Below, in pieces: positions 1 to 9,037 of a stretch of 64,000 bases of DNA. Within the stretch, counting starts at the first letter, position 1. Each line of letters begins with the position of its first letter. The notes under the pieces are model-generated. The model saw only the letters and a list, made by a program, of their open reading frames with translations. It was not told where the DNA came from and did not search any database. The stretch comes from Candidatus Latescibacterota bacterium (GTDB taxonomy: Bacteria; Latescibacterota; CBDEFO01). Position numbers and translations under genes: made by a program. Where the stretch lies: contig OZ252149.1 in assembly GCA_965248755.1 (NCBI GenBank), positions 1,792,001 to 1,856,000 of the forward strand, written 5' to 3'.

Positions 1-537
1 TACCTGCTGACTCGGCCAGTTGGACGACCGCCGAGGAAACCGATTGTATCGTTATATGAATTTCAATATAAAGCGGCCAGTTGGGATCAATCGAGGCGAG
101 TGGTCGCCAAGGTTGAATGGCACCAAGGGGAGTTATTCCCAAGAGTGGGATTTATCGTGACCAACATGAGCGCCAAGCCAGAAGGCGTGGTACACTTCTA
201 CAATGGCCGTGGCAGAGCTGAGCAGTGGATTAAGGAGGGCAAGTATGCTCTGAACTGGACCCGACTCTCATGCAAGCGTTTCGTCTCCAATCAGGTGAGG
301 CTCTGGCTGTTTGTTCTGGCTTACAACTTGGGCAACTTCCTGCGACGTTTTGTTCTTCCGAAGAAAATCAAACACTGGTCACTACGCAGCCTCCTCGTGA
401 AATTTATCAAAATCGGAGCGAAGATTGTCAGACACAGCGGATATATTACGTTTCAAATGGCTGAGGTTGGGATAGACAAGAGGTTATTTGCCGAAATATT
501 ATCCCGGATTGAACGATTGCGATGTTATTCTGTTTAA
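1..537 (+). CDS. IS1380-family transposase, 5'-partial (frame is open from base 1)
   Basis: Motifs RRVVAKVEWHQGELFPRVGFIVTN, FYNGRGRAEQWIKEGK and NQVRLWLFVLAYNLGNFLRR are typical of IS1380 DDE transposases. Confidence 0.92.
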   Translation, partial: YLLTRPVGRPPRKPIVSLYEFQYKAASWDQSRRVVAKVEWHQGELFPRVGFIVTNMSAKPEGVVHFYNGRGRAEQWIKEGKYALNWTRLSCKRFVSNQVRLWLFVLAYNLGNFLRRFVLPKKIKHWSLRSLLVKFIKIGAKIVRHSGYITFQMAEVGIDKRLFAEILSRIERLRCYSV

Positions 538-737
538 ACTGCCACATTTTTTTGTGAGTCGATGGAGAGGTGTCTCTAATTGGAGGATTTAAACACAAAG
601 AAAGTGATAATTCAGAGGAAAATACTATTTTAATTGAAAAAAGTACTTGTTGAAAAATGTAAAAGTGGTAATATTAATTCAGAAACAAGAATGTATCGAA
701 ATATAATCCCTCATGAATGTGATATGGGGAATGTCGG
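1..737 (+). mobile_element. Right part of an IS1380-family element, ending ...ATATGGGGAATGTCGG
   Basis: Transposase followed by an AT-rich tail and an IS1380-like terminal sequence; host-gene similarity resumes at 738. Confidence 0.75.
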
Positions 738-900
738 TCAACATCTCACTGCTGCCTCCCCCGTACTTGAATATCACCTCATTGGGCTGATACTCCTTCT
801 GCTGGCATACGCTCAGCACCAGCTTTGCCTCATCCACTGAGAGTTCCCCGAACATGGGGATCCTTCTTATCATGTTCAGCACTTTGAAGTCGGTTGCCAT
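738..900 (-). pseudogene. 5' part of a cyclic-nucleotide-binding (Crp/cNMP) domain gene interrupted by IS1380
   Basis: IRRIPMFGELSVDEAKLV...YQPNEVIFKYG...SEML is a cNMP-domain N-terminus; GGAGG RBS; similarity stops at the IS end. Confidence 0.75.
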
Positions 901-1290
901 GTCTTATCCTCCTTCACGTAACGGAAGGCTCTTCTCCCAAAACAGTAACGTGAACCCCAAAACATCAAAACTGGACAGATGGCTTAGCAAGTTTTTAGAA
1001 TCATGCAAGAGCTCAAAATGAGTCTCCACGGGGGCTGTTATGTCAAATAAACCTTCTATCTTTACAGATGTACATTAGAAATAAGTTGTCTTGCACCACT
1101 CGATTTGGTAGAATAGGTATGCCCACCAACAGAAAGGTAAGACTGTCAAGTCGGGTAGTCTGTGCAACCAACGCGAAAAACTTGCTTTACTTGTCCAATT
1201 ACGTGCTCAGAAAAACGGGTTCAGTTCATTCCCGCTCTTCCATTCCTATCGCCAAACTTTTTGTCTAAAATGTCCTGCACGATCATAAGT

Positions 1291-1896
1291 TTAATTTCTA
1301 TCCTGTCTCACTAAAAAAAAGTAACTTATGTGGACTTTTAAGGCGGAGGCGATCTTACGTAAAGTAGAAATTGAAGCTGAACTGTCTCCCAATTCGATCT
1401 TGGATATTAGGCTTAGCGATAGCCCTGTCCTGTTTGCCAACTGCTTGATCGTTAACCCTTTTTCCTGCCTTAAAGCTCGAATCCTTTGTCCTATCTCTGA
1501 TGCTAACTTTTCGTCAGGATCAATTTCCAGGCCCCTCTCAGCCAGAGCCTTTTGAATAACATCTAAAAGTTCTGGCATCCTGAATGGTTTCGTAATGTAA
1601 TCAGTAACGCCCAGCTTCATCGTGGTGACAGCCGATTCCGTACTCGGGTAACCCGTCACTACGATTACAGACACATCCGAGTCGAACTTCCTTATGTCTA
1701 CAAGGAGATCATCACCTGTTATTGCGGGCATTTTTAGATCCAGAAGTACCACGTGATGCATCCCACTTTTAAGTTTGTCCATCGCCCTTTTGGGATCAGT
1801 GACACTTTCAACATCAAAACCCTCTTGAGTAAGGTAATGACTAAGCGAATCGCTAAATTCTTTGTCGTCGTCAATTATCAGTGTTTTAATCTTCAT
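1291..1896 (-). CDS. Response regulator, REC plus XRE-type HTH
   Basis: LIIDDD, LLDLKMP and KPF receiver motifs; C-terminal IGQRIRALRQEKGLTIKQLANRTGLSLSLISKIE helix-turn-helix. Confidence 0.92.
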   Translation of the reverse strand: MKIKTLIIDDDKEFSDSLSHYLTQEGFDVESVTDPKRAMDKLKSGMHHVVLLDLKMPAITGDDLLVDIRKFDSDVSVIVVTGYPSTESAVTTMKLGVTDYITKPFRMPELLDVIQKALAERGLEIDPDEKLASEIGQRIRALRQEKGLTIKQLANRTGLSLSLISKIELGDSSASISTLRKIASALKVHISYFFLVRQDRN

Positions 1897-2104
1897 CTTA
1901 GCTTTAGTTCAATTCATGCTGAAGTTTTTGTCAGCACATCTTCAAGTTCTGACAGTTTAAAGGTTTTGTACAGTATCGCGTAAAAGCCTATTCCCCTTGC
2001 CGCTGTCCTCTTAGTAAAAAGCAATTAGGATCAAGCACTTGTCGATAAAAAGTTTCAACTATTGTTTTATGATATGACGTGAACCCCAAACTGGACAGGG
2101 TCTT

Positions 2105-2133
2105 AATATACGACGATGCCGACTCTTTGTCAA
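2105..2133 (-). promoter_or_regulatory. Sigma70-type promoter TTGACA-N17-TATATT for the REC-XRE gene
   Basis: TGTCAA at 2128-2133 and AATATA at 2105-2110 on the + strand, 17 nt apart. Confidence 0.7.
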
Positions 2134-2204
2134 CCTTTTTCAAATCATAACATATATATTCTACAATTATTTAGTATGAATAAACTATTCTATAAATACT
2201 ATAT

Positions 2205-2234
2205 AAAAAGAAAGCCCGCCATTTCTGACGGACT
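2205..2234 (-). terminator. Intrinsic terminator after the HDOD hybrid kinase
   Basis: Minus strand AGTCCGTCA-GAAA-TGGCGGGCT hairpin (GU pairs) followed by TTCTTTTT. Confidence 0.65.
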
Positions 2235-2288
2235 GTGTGTTTGAGTATCGCCGACTCTTTTACATTTAGAGACTCTTTACCTACAGGA

Positions 2289-4409
2289 TCATTCACTCGT
2301 TCCCATTATCACCTCGCGTAATGTCTTGCTCAGTTCTTCGACCTTATATGGTTTGGCAACAAAACTGCTGAAACCATATTGCCTGAAATTGGCTAATACC
2401 GGATCGTTAGAATAACCGCTCGATACAATGGCCTTAACCTCAGGGTCTATTTCAAGCAGCTTCCTGATGGCTTCTTTTCCCCCGATACCGCCAGGCACAG
2501 TTAAATCCATAATAACTGCATCAAAGGGCTGTCCTGATTTCTGGGCCTGCTTGTAAAGCTTGATAGCTGCGGCGCCATCTTCGGCAAACTGTGCCTCATA
2601 TCCAAAATGAGTCAGTATCTGGCTGAGGGACTCTCTGATGTCTTCCTCATCGTCCATGATCAAAATCTTGCCCTTGCCGGCAAGGGGTTTTTCCTCTACA
2701 TCTTCCTTTATCTGGATTTCTTTTGAGGTAGCGGGGAGATAGATATGGAAGGTGGTTCTAACTCCCAACTCGGATTCTACACTTATGTACCCATCGTGGT
2801 TCGTAACTATGGAATAGGAAGTCGTAAGACCAAGGCCGCTGCCCTCCTGTTTAGTCGTGAAAAAGGGATCGAATATCTTATCAAGATGCTCCTGGGCTAT
2901 ACCGATCCCCTGATCTGCAACGCATGTTTTTATGTATTTTCCCTCCTGCAAAGGGAGAGCGCCTTTTGCTCCTACGGTAACATTTTCAGCACGCATCTTA
3001 ATTGTCCCGCCGTGGGGCATTGCCTGGTCAGCGTTGATAATCAAATTGTTGATGACCTGACTTATCTGTCCTTCATCAACTTCAACCGCCAAAAGACCGT
3101 CAGGGAAGGAGAATTCGCACTTAACATTGGAGCCTCTCAAGGCAAAGCCGACTGAATCTTTTATTAATTCTGAGATAGAGATCGTCTCCTTAATCGGCGC
3201 TCCGCCGCTGGAAAAGGTGAGCAATTGCTGGGTCAAGTCCTTTGCCTTTATGGACACTTTCTCTATCGTAGTCAATACCTCAGAGATTTCATCTTCCGAT
3301 TTTGCATACTTTGCAAGGGAGACATTGACCAAAATCGTAGCTAGAACATTATTAAAGTCGTGTGCAATTCCCGCTGCTACGTGTCCTAAAACATTGAGCC
3401 TTTCCATCCGGACTATCTGCTCTTGCGCCTCCTGCAATTTTCGATAGGAGTGATCTAAATCCAGGCTCATCCGGCTCAGTTCCTGATTGGCTCTCTGCAC
3501 AAGAGTAAAAATGTCCTGCCTGGAGCCTATGTCTCGACCTAAAATCTGAGCTATCTCCTCAACTTTTTCTGTGGCCTTTGAAGTTATCTCCTTTAGGTCG
3601 TCTTCGGACATCTTGAATCTATCTTTTAGCTTTTCTATCTTATCGAAGGATCCAACTGTCCAGATCTTTCCGGAACAGGCATTGGATACGTTATCAGCCA
3701 AAGCGACCAAAGAGGTCATAAGCTGTTCCCGTCCGTTCTTCTTTGTATCTAAATCTGGCGGGGTGTGATGCAGCCAGGCAACTCCGATCAGATGATCGGG
3801 CAGTCTCCACTTTTCCATAATCCACTTCCCCACCAGACCGTGGTCAACTCCGATTGTGCGCCTTTCCGCCTCAGGAGAGTCGATTCTCTCCTTGATAGAT
3901 AGTTCGAGCGCACACCCAAATCTGTCAGGGACCTGCACATCCAGAATTAGTTTCCCTATATCGTGAAGCAAACCGGCTACGAACACTTCATCGGAAAAGT
4001 CGAAACAGAGCCTTTCTGCTATGTCCTGGGATAAAACAGCGCAGGACAAGGAGTGTCGCCAGAACTCCTTGATGTCTAACTTGGAGTTTTCCAGCGATTC
4101 CAAAGTGTCTATCAAAGAGATGCTCAACACGATGCTCTTGAGCTTATTAAATCCCAGGGTAACTATGGCATCTTTAACTGTGGATACGGCTTTGGGCCTT
4201 CCGTAGTGAGCGGAGTTGGCAACCATGAGAACTTTAGCTGTCAGAGATGGATCCTGTTCCACAAGTTCTGCGACATCCTGGATGCTGGACCTCTCATCGA
4301 GCACCCTGTTCATTATCTCCACCACCACCGAAGGCAGTGTGGGAAGACCATCCAGTTTCTCTATGGCTTCTTTTATCTTTACCCTGTCAGAATCCCTTGA
4401 ATTGACCAT
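2289..4409 (-). CDS. Hybrid histidine kinase: HDOD - HisKA/HATPase - REC
   Basis: LPTLP, QDPSLTAKVL..ANS, FWRHS and GLLHDIGK (HDOD); AHDFNN, NLIINA, DQGIGI, FDPFFTTK, GSGLGL (kinase); MDDE, MDLTVPG (REC). Confidence 0.93.
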   Translation of the reverse strand: MVNSRDSDRVKIKEAIEKLDGLPTLPSVVVEIMNRVLDERSSIQDVAELVEQDPSLTAKVLMVANSAHYGRPKAVSTVKDAIVTLGFNKLKSIVLSISLIDTLESLENSKLDIKEFWRHSLSCAVLSQDIAERLCFDFSDEVFVAGLLHDIGKLILDVQVPDRFGCALELSIKERIDSPEAERRTIGVDHGLVGKWIMEKWRLPDHLIGVAWLHHTPPDLDTKKNGREQLMTSLVALADNVSNACSGKIWTVGSFDKIEKLKDRFKMSEDDLKEITSKATEKVEEIAQILGRDIGSRQDIFTLVQRANQELSRMSLDLDHSYRKLQEAQEQIVRMERLNVLGHVAAGIAHDFNNVLATILVNVSLAKYAKSEDEISEVLTTIEKVSIKAKDLTQQLLTFSSGGAPIKETISISELIKDSVGFALRGSNVKCEFSFPDGLLAVEVDEGQISQVINNLIINADQAMPHGGTIKMRAENVTVGAKGALPLQEGKYIKTCVADQGIGIAQEHLDKIFDPFFTTKQEGSGLGLTTSYSIVTNHDGYISVESELGVRTTFHIYLPATSKEIQIKEDVEEKPLAGKGKILIMDDEEDIRESLSQILTHFGYEAQFAEDGAAAIKLYKQAQKSGQPFDAVIMDLTVPGGIGGKEAIRKLLEIDPEVKAIVSSGYSNDPVLANFRQYGFSSFVAKPYKVEELSKTLREVIMGTSE

Positions 4410-4571
4410 CCTTTTATCGCCCAAGATTTACGCCAGCCAGGGTAGGTAGGAAGTCCTGTACACTGTCTGCCCTTTTTTTCTCCTTATTAGCCTGAATAAT
4501 TCACAAAAAACGCCGTGCATTAATTAAGGGATTGTATTATATTATAGTTATGTCGTTTAACCGCCTTCGGT

Positions 4572-4693
4572 GTCATTGCGAGCCGAAGGCGAAGCAATCT
4601 CGATTCTGTGGTAGATGTAATACTCTCCGGCTCTCATAAGGAGACCACTATAAAACCTTGAGATTGCTTCGTCGCTTTGCTCCTCGCAATGAC
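4572..4693. repeat. Palindromic intergenic element GTCATTGCGAG...GAAGCAATCTC / GAGATTGCTTCG...CTCGCAATGAC (REP/RPE-like)
   Basis: Long inverted termini; partial copies near 20776, 46897-46952 and 62711-62744. Confidence 0.75.
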
Positions 4694-4719
4694 TCCAGCA
4701 AGTTTATGAATTAATCGGA

Positions 4720-5757
4720 TTAGTACCCTTCAAGGGGTAAGGATATGGTTTTCTTCTCATCGGCTGCGCGGAACACAGCCTCTGTGAACTCCATGTACTT
4801 CAATCCATCGTAAAATGAGGGCCACACAGGCTTTCCATCTCTGATCGCGGCGATGAAATCGGCCTCGACCTTTCTTAGCCCTTCTTCGGGGATGGGTATC
4901 GTCGAAACTTCCTCTTGATCGGATTTTGCTCCGAATATCTGACAGTTGGAAAGATCATAGATCAAAGTCCCGTCAGAGCCGTAGACCTCTACCTTCTCGT
5001 CAGGCCTCGACATCCCGCTGAAGTGGTATTCGATCAAGGCTCCGTTTTCCATCTCGCCTACAACGGCCACGCTGTCGGGTCTATCGACCTTTCTCATCTG
5101 GTTTGAACCTTCAACCCTTCTGTGGGTTATGAAATGCTTTGCCACGGCGGCTACGCTCTTACAATGACCGAACCAACTGTGTATCTTCTCTGCGTACATG
5201 CCCACATCGAGCGTGTTTAAGCCTGATATCTCATCCATCTGTCTCCAGTGGAGCGGCTTGTCCGGATCGGCGTACGCCGAATTCATCGACGTAACCACTA
5301 TATTGTAGGGTTTTCCGACGAATCCCGCATCGACTAACTCCTTCATCTTAGCGTCTCCCGCATTGTCCCCTGGGTCCGCTGGACAGAGCATCGTCACGCG
5401 GTCTGATTCTAACGATCTTTTGTACATCCTCAACGCTTCTTCGACGTTCATGGCCATTCTGGCCTGACAGAAGACGTGCTTGTTCGCGTCTAATGCTGCT
5501 ATTGTAGCCTCGCAGTGCAGATAGGGCGGAGTTGCAATTATCACGGCGTCCAGATCGTCCATCGCGATAATGTCTCTCCAATCTGTCACCGCCCTTGGGA
5601 TGTTCAGCTCCCGGGCCGTCGTCTCAACTTTTTCCTTTGTCCTGTTGCAGACGGCGATGACCTCCACGCCCTCAATTTGCTTTAAGGCGGGAAAGTGTCT
5701 TCTCTTGAATATGCCTCCAGCTCCGATAACTCCTATCTTGATAGTGTTCTGATTCAT
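4720..5757 (-). CDS. Gfo/Idh/MocA-family oxidoreductase
   Basis: IGVIGAGG Rossmann motif, IATPPYLH, KHVFCQARMA (variant of the EKP motif). Confidence 0.9.
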   Translation of the reverse strand: MNQNTIKIGVIGAGGIFKRRHFPALKQIEGVEVIAVCNRTKEKVETTARELNIPRAVTDWRDIIAMDDLDAVIIATPPYLHCEATIAALDANKHVFCQARMAMNVEEALRMYKRSLESDRVTMLCPADPGDNAGDAKMKELVDAGFVGKPYNIVVTSMNSAYADPDKPLHWRQMDEISGLNTLDVGMYAEKIHSWFGHCKSVAAVAKHFITHRRVEGSNQMRKVDRPDSVAVVGEMENGALIEYHFSGMSRPDEKVEVYGSDGTLIYDLSNCQIFGAKSDQEEVSTIPIPEEGLRKVEADFIAAIRDGKPVWPSFYDGLKYMEFTEAVFRAADEKKTISLPLEGY

Positions 5758-5830
5758 TTTTCTCCCTGTGATCTATGAGAGCACTTAAAGCCCTCGTAAG
5801 ACTATCTCGTTTTGTTGCAGAGACGCTCAT

Positions 5831-5901
5831 ATAGGGGTGAACCCATGTGTTCGCCAATTTACCTAACTTTTTTCGGGCAGACACACGAGTCTGCCCCTAC
5901 A
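5831..5901. repeat. GTAG-type REP doublet
   Basis: TAGGGGTGAACCCATGTGTTCGCC...GGGCAGACACACGAGTCTGCCCCTACA; related units at 16692-16717 and 42689-42810. Confidence 0.6.
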
Positions 5902-5937
5902 GATCTGTCTGTACGTTTCCCAATTCTAAAAGGACCG

Positions 5938-6222
5938 TCAGCCGTTTTGCATGTCAGCTACGAGTTTCTTGAATTCTTCGCGCAGTTGGGGCGTAATCAC
6001 AGCGTCTCGAGACGGAAGGCGTGAATGGCCGGCTTTAAGCCCTGCGGCTTCCATCGCCGGACGTACAAAGACCCCTTCGCCGCCGGTTTGGGATGCGAAC
6101 TCGCCTCTAAGCTTTTTCCATGGGATCTCGAAACGATCGAGTTCTGCCTGTGCTTCTTCGTACTTTCTTTCCTTTAGATAGTCTATCACGCGCCAGTAAG
6201 GTTCGGGACAGAAGTTAGGAGT
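5938..6222 (-). pseudogene. 3' fragment of a dihydrodipicolinate-synthase (DapA)-family gene
   Basis: In-frame PNFCPEPYWRVIDYL...YEEAQAEL...RPAMEAAGLKAGHSRLP resembles a DHDPS-family C-terminus; the N-terminal barrel is missing and the fragment abuts the stop of the next gene. Confidence 0.6.
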
Positions 6223-6227
6223 GTGGC

Positions 6228-6731
6228 TTATGTAGGTCCGAACGCCAAGGATACAGGCTTATCGGAGCTGGACTCAGAAGCTTTGTCCAGGTCTTTCTGC
6301 TTCTTAAGCTCCTTTTGGGCTTCTTGAAGCTTCTTTCTGAGGAGCCTATTTTCAGCTTGAAGATCCCTTTCCTTAAGACCCTGTTCTACGACTCTGCCCA
6401 TATCTATGAGCCTGAAAGGCTTTGTCACATAGGCGTAGACCCCGAGCTTTGTCGCATCAGCTGTGGACTCTGCGCTGGGATAGCCGGTCATGATTATTAA
6501 TACAACTTGCGGATCTTTGTTCACAAGCAGCTTCGTAAGCTCTATGCCGTTCATTCCGGGCATTCGAAAATCTATAAGTCCTACGTCGAATTTGGTATCT
6601 TGAGCTTGCTTATACGCCTCAAATCCACTTTCGGCCAGAGTAATGTCGTACCCCTCACCTTCGAAATATTTGAACAACATATCGCGCATATAGACTTCGT
6701 CGTCGACTATCAGGATAGATTTCCGGCTCAT
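6228..6731 (-). CDS. Response regulator (REC plus coiled-coil tail)
   Basis: ILIVDDE, LIDFRMPGMNG, MTGY, TKPF. Confidence 0.9.
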   Translation of the reverse strand: MSRKSILIVDDEVYMRDMLFKYFEGEGYDITLAESGFEAYKQAQDTKFDVGLIDFRMPGMNGIELTKLLVNKDPQVVLIIMTGYPSAESTADATKLGVYAYVTKPFRLIDMGRVVEQGLKERDLQAENRLLRKKLQEAQKELKKQKDLDKASESSSDKPVSLAFGPT

Positions 6732-6919
6732 GGCAACTGCCTTTCTATTACGTGACGATATTGGGTACTTTGCCTTATTTTCTCGTCAAGAACCAGGAGT
6801 CAACTTTGAAGGATTTTACTTGCTTTTTTATGAACAGTTATTAAATTTATAGATGACAGGTTAAGGATTGTTGCACAGAAGGGACATCAAGCCATTCTGT
6901 TAAAAGAAGGAGGGAAGCT

Positions 6920-7138
6920 ATGTTCATGTATATCGCACAGTTTTTCATGGCCTTGGGAGTAGTGAGCTTTCTCATAGGCCTTTTGACTTCCATAAACGTC
7001 CTTCCGGTGTTCCTGTATACCGTCACGCCGGCGGGATTTTTGAACTTCACAAAGGCTGTTAGCCTGGTTGCAATCTCTTTTTTGCTACTGGAATTTTTGA
7101 GGAGAGCCAATAGCAAGGATAACGGATCAGATGCCTGA
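6920..7138 (+). CDS. Small 2-TM membrane protein; single-unit homolog of the 4x repeat protein at 32089-33003
   Basis: AAGGAGG RBS; AQFFMAL..LIGLLTS..PVFL..VTPAGFLNFTK..ISFLLLEF shared with the repeat protein. Confidence 0.8.
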   Translation: MFMYIAQFFMALGVVSFLIGLLTSINVLPVFLYTVTPAGFLNFTKAVSLVAISFLLLEFLRRANSKDNGSDA

Positions 7139-7241
7139 ATTTGACCGTTGGAAATATAAGAAGCGGATGCAGATAATAACTTACCTAATAATCGCCATCG
7201 TCTGCGCTATTTTAAGCTACGTTATCGGAGCATTCCTCTAG
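7131..7241 (+). CDS. 36-aa single-TM peptide, not in the ORF track
   Basis: MPEFDRWKYKKRMQIITYLIIAIVCAILSYVIGAFL; start overlaps the upstream stop (ATGCCTGA); basic N-terminus then a hydrophobic helix. Confidence 0.55.
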   Translation: MPEFDRWKYKKRMQIITYLIIAIVCAILSYVIGAFL

Positions 7242-7989
7242 TGAATAGAACGATTATCCGACCCGAAACTATCCACGATCCAATTTGTACCCCAGAGCGT
7301 TACCGGGACGCATTTGGCTCTGACTTCTCCAGCTGAACGCTGCCTACAACATGGGTATTTCTCCATACCCGTTATCTCTGCTTGCATGTGAACCTGCATC
7401 AAGCTTGCGGGATGCTACCACTGGCAATGCCCACCATAGCAGGTATGAAGGAAACGGACAGCGTCCGAAAGTCAATTTATCTTAGTTGTGCTGAGGTCGT
7501 CAGGGTTAAAGAGTTCATTTCCGAAGTTTCAAATCCACATAAAGATAACCATAGAGAGATTCCATGTCAAGAACGAAAATTCTGTTTTGAACTGAATTAC
7601 GCATGCCGTTGGATAAGTCTTCTATCCGGTAAAACCTCCCCCCATACTATCTCTTGAGGCGTAATTCGAGTCTTTTCCCAAATGTTGGTAGTTAGCTTTA
7701 TGGACAATCTGTCCGTACAGCAGGGTACCTGACCACCTCTTACGCAGCTCAAAATTGTTTCTCCGCAGCGAGAGGACTTTTCATGTCCCAAATATCGCCA
7801 CATACCAACAAATTGTTAATGTGCCAAGTGCAGTGTTTCAACTGCGTTACCAAACACAAAGACGCTCTCAAAAACCCTTAGACATCGACGCAATTGTATG
7901 GAGAACTTTAAGGTTCTGCCACCCCCTAATGCAGCTATTCGTAATAGTACTCGAGCTTTTTATATTACTAGAATCTATTACATCTAAGA

Positions 7990-8853
7990 TTAGAGTAATT
8001 CATTTTTGGGCTGAAATCGAGCGAGTAACTCATCTTCACTCACAGTTTCCTCTCTTTGACTCAGATAAGTTGGGTTACCATGATTAAGATGATCAGATAT
8101 AGCACTAGCTATCTGATCTATCAAACTCGAACAATGATGGATATCAAGGCTATGCTCCCTCGCCCATGAGGCGTGTTGCTTGCAAAAACACCCCTTTTCA
8201 TCATCTATACTTCTAATACTGAGCTCTGCCCAGGTAAGATGGCTAAGAGATTTAATATCAGCTGGATGAACAGCGTATGTTTGTTGCACTGGAAACTTCC
8301 GACCACAATAAGCGCAGGTTACACAACTAACATCATAAGCTGCATCTAAGAAGAATCGTCGAGAGATTACTCCTGTTTTGTCTTCCCCCCTACCTACAGC
8401 TGCCAGTGCCATCTCTTTGTTGTGCTGTTTGGTACGCTCTTCGGTTCGACGCTTCAGCTCCTGGTTAAGTGAAGCAGACTCTTCATACTGCACGAGTGCC
8501 TGCCGCACCGTCAGCAGTATCTCCTCATTGTCAAAAGGTTTGGTTAAGAGCCGGTAGACCGCACCCTTGTTAATCACCTCTATGGCTACTTCCCTGTCCG
8601 CGAATCCAGTCAGGAGAATCCTAATGGTACCAGGATATTTCTCTCGTACAAGAGCTAAAAACTCAGCTCCTGACATCCCAGGCATCTTATAGTCCGATAT
8701 TACTAAGGCAACCTCGGTGGTCTCCATCTTCTGGAGCCCCTCCTCACCACTGGTCGCCATCAGAACCTCAAGCGGCTCCCTGTAAAAGAGACGTTGTAGA
8801 GAATTCAGTATGTTGGGTTCGTCGTCCACGCAAAGTACTGTATGGCGAGTCAT
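7990..8853 (-). CDS. Response regulator with an unrecognised Cys/His-rich C-terminal region
   Basis: VLCVDDE, ISDYKMPGMSG, LLTGF, TKPF; C-terminus contains CVTCAYC and CFCKQH. Confidence 0.75.
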   Translation of the reverse strand: MTRHTVLCVDDEPNILNSLQRLFYREPLEVLMATSGEEGLQKMETTEVALVISDYKMPGMSGAEFLALVREKYPGTIRILLTGFADREVAIEVINKGAVYRLLTKPFDNEEILLTVRQALVQYEESASLNQELKRRTEERTKQHNKEMALAAVGRGEDKTGVISRRFFLDAAYDVSCVTCAYCGRKFPVQQTYAVHPADIKSLSHLTWAELSIRSIDDEKGCFCKQHASWAREHSLDIHHCSSLIDQIASAISDHLNHGNPTYLSQREETVSEDELLARFQPKNELL

Positions 8854-8935
8854 GGTGTTGCTCCTTCCTGAAAGGCATGGGTCGTGGAATGGGTGTCCGT
8901 TCTTACTTCTATCATTCCTCCAACTATCATCTGCA

Positions 8936-9037
8936 CTAGTTCTTGGATGTTTTTACAGGCGTTCTATTAAGTATAACCCCAAGTAGCAGCGGCACATTGA
9001 TTTCATCGTCTACACAGAGAACGGTCTTCTTATTCAT
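8936..9037 (-). pseudogene. Truncated receiver-domain gene (33 aa)
   Basis: MNKKTVLCVDDEINV then loss of REC similarity and a stop; start overlaps the kinase 3' end. Confidence 0.6.

Larger units (their letters stand above)
2105..2243 (-). repeat. Copy 1 of a ~140 bp duplicated terminator-plus-promoter module (copy 2 at 14339-14487)
   Basis: Shared core TAAACWATTCTATAAATACTATATAAAAAGAAAGCCYGCCATTTCTGACGKACTGT plus similar flanks. Confidence 0.85.

Noticed and set aside
7300..7980. Short ORFs in AT-rich DNA
   Set aside because: No recognisable motif or RBS; probably decayed foreign DNA
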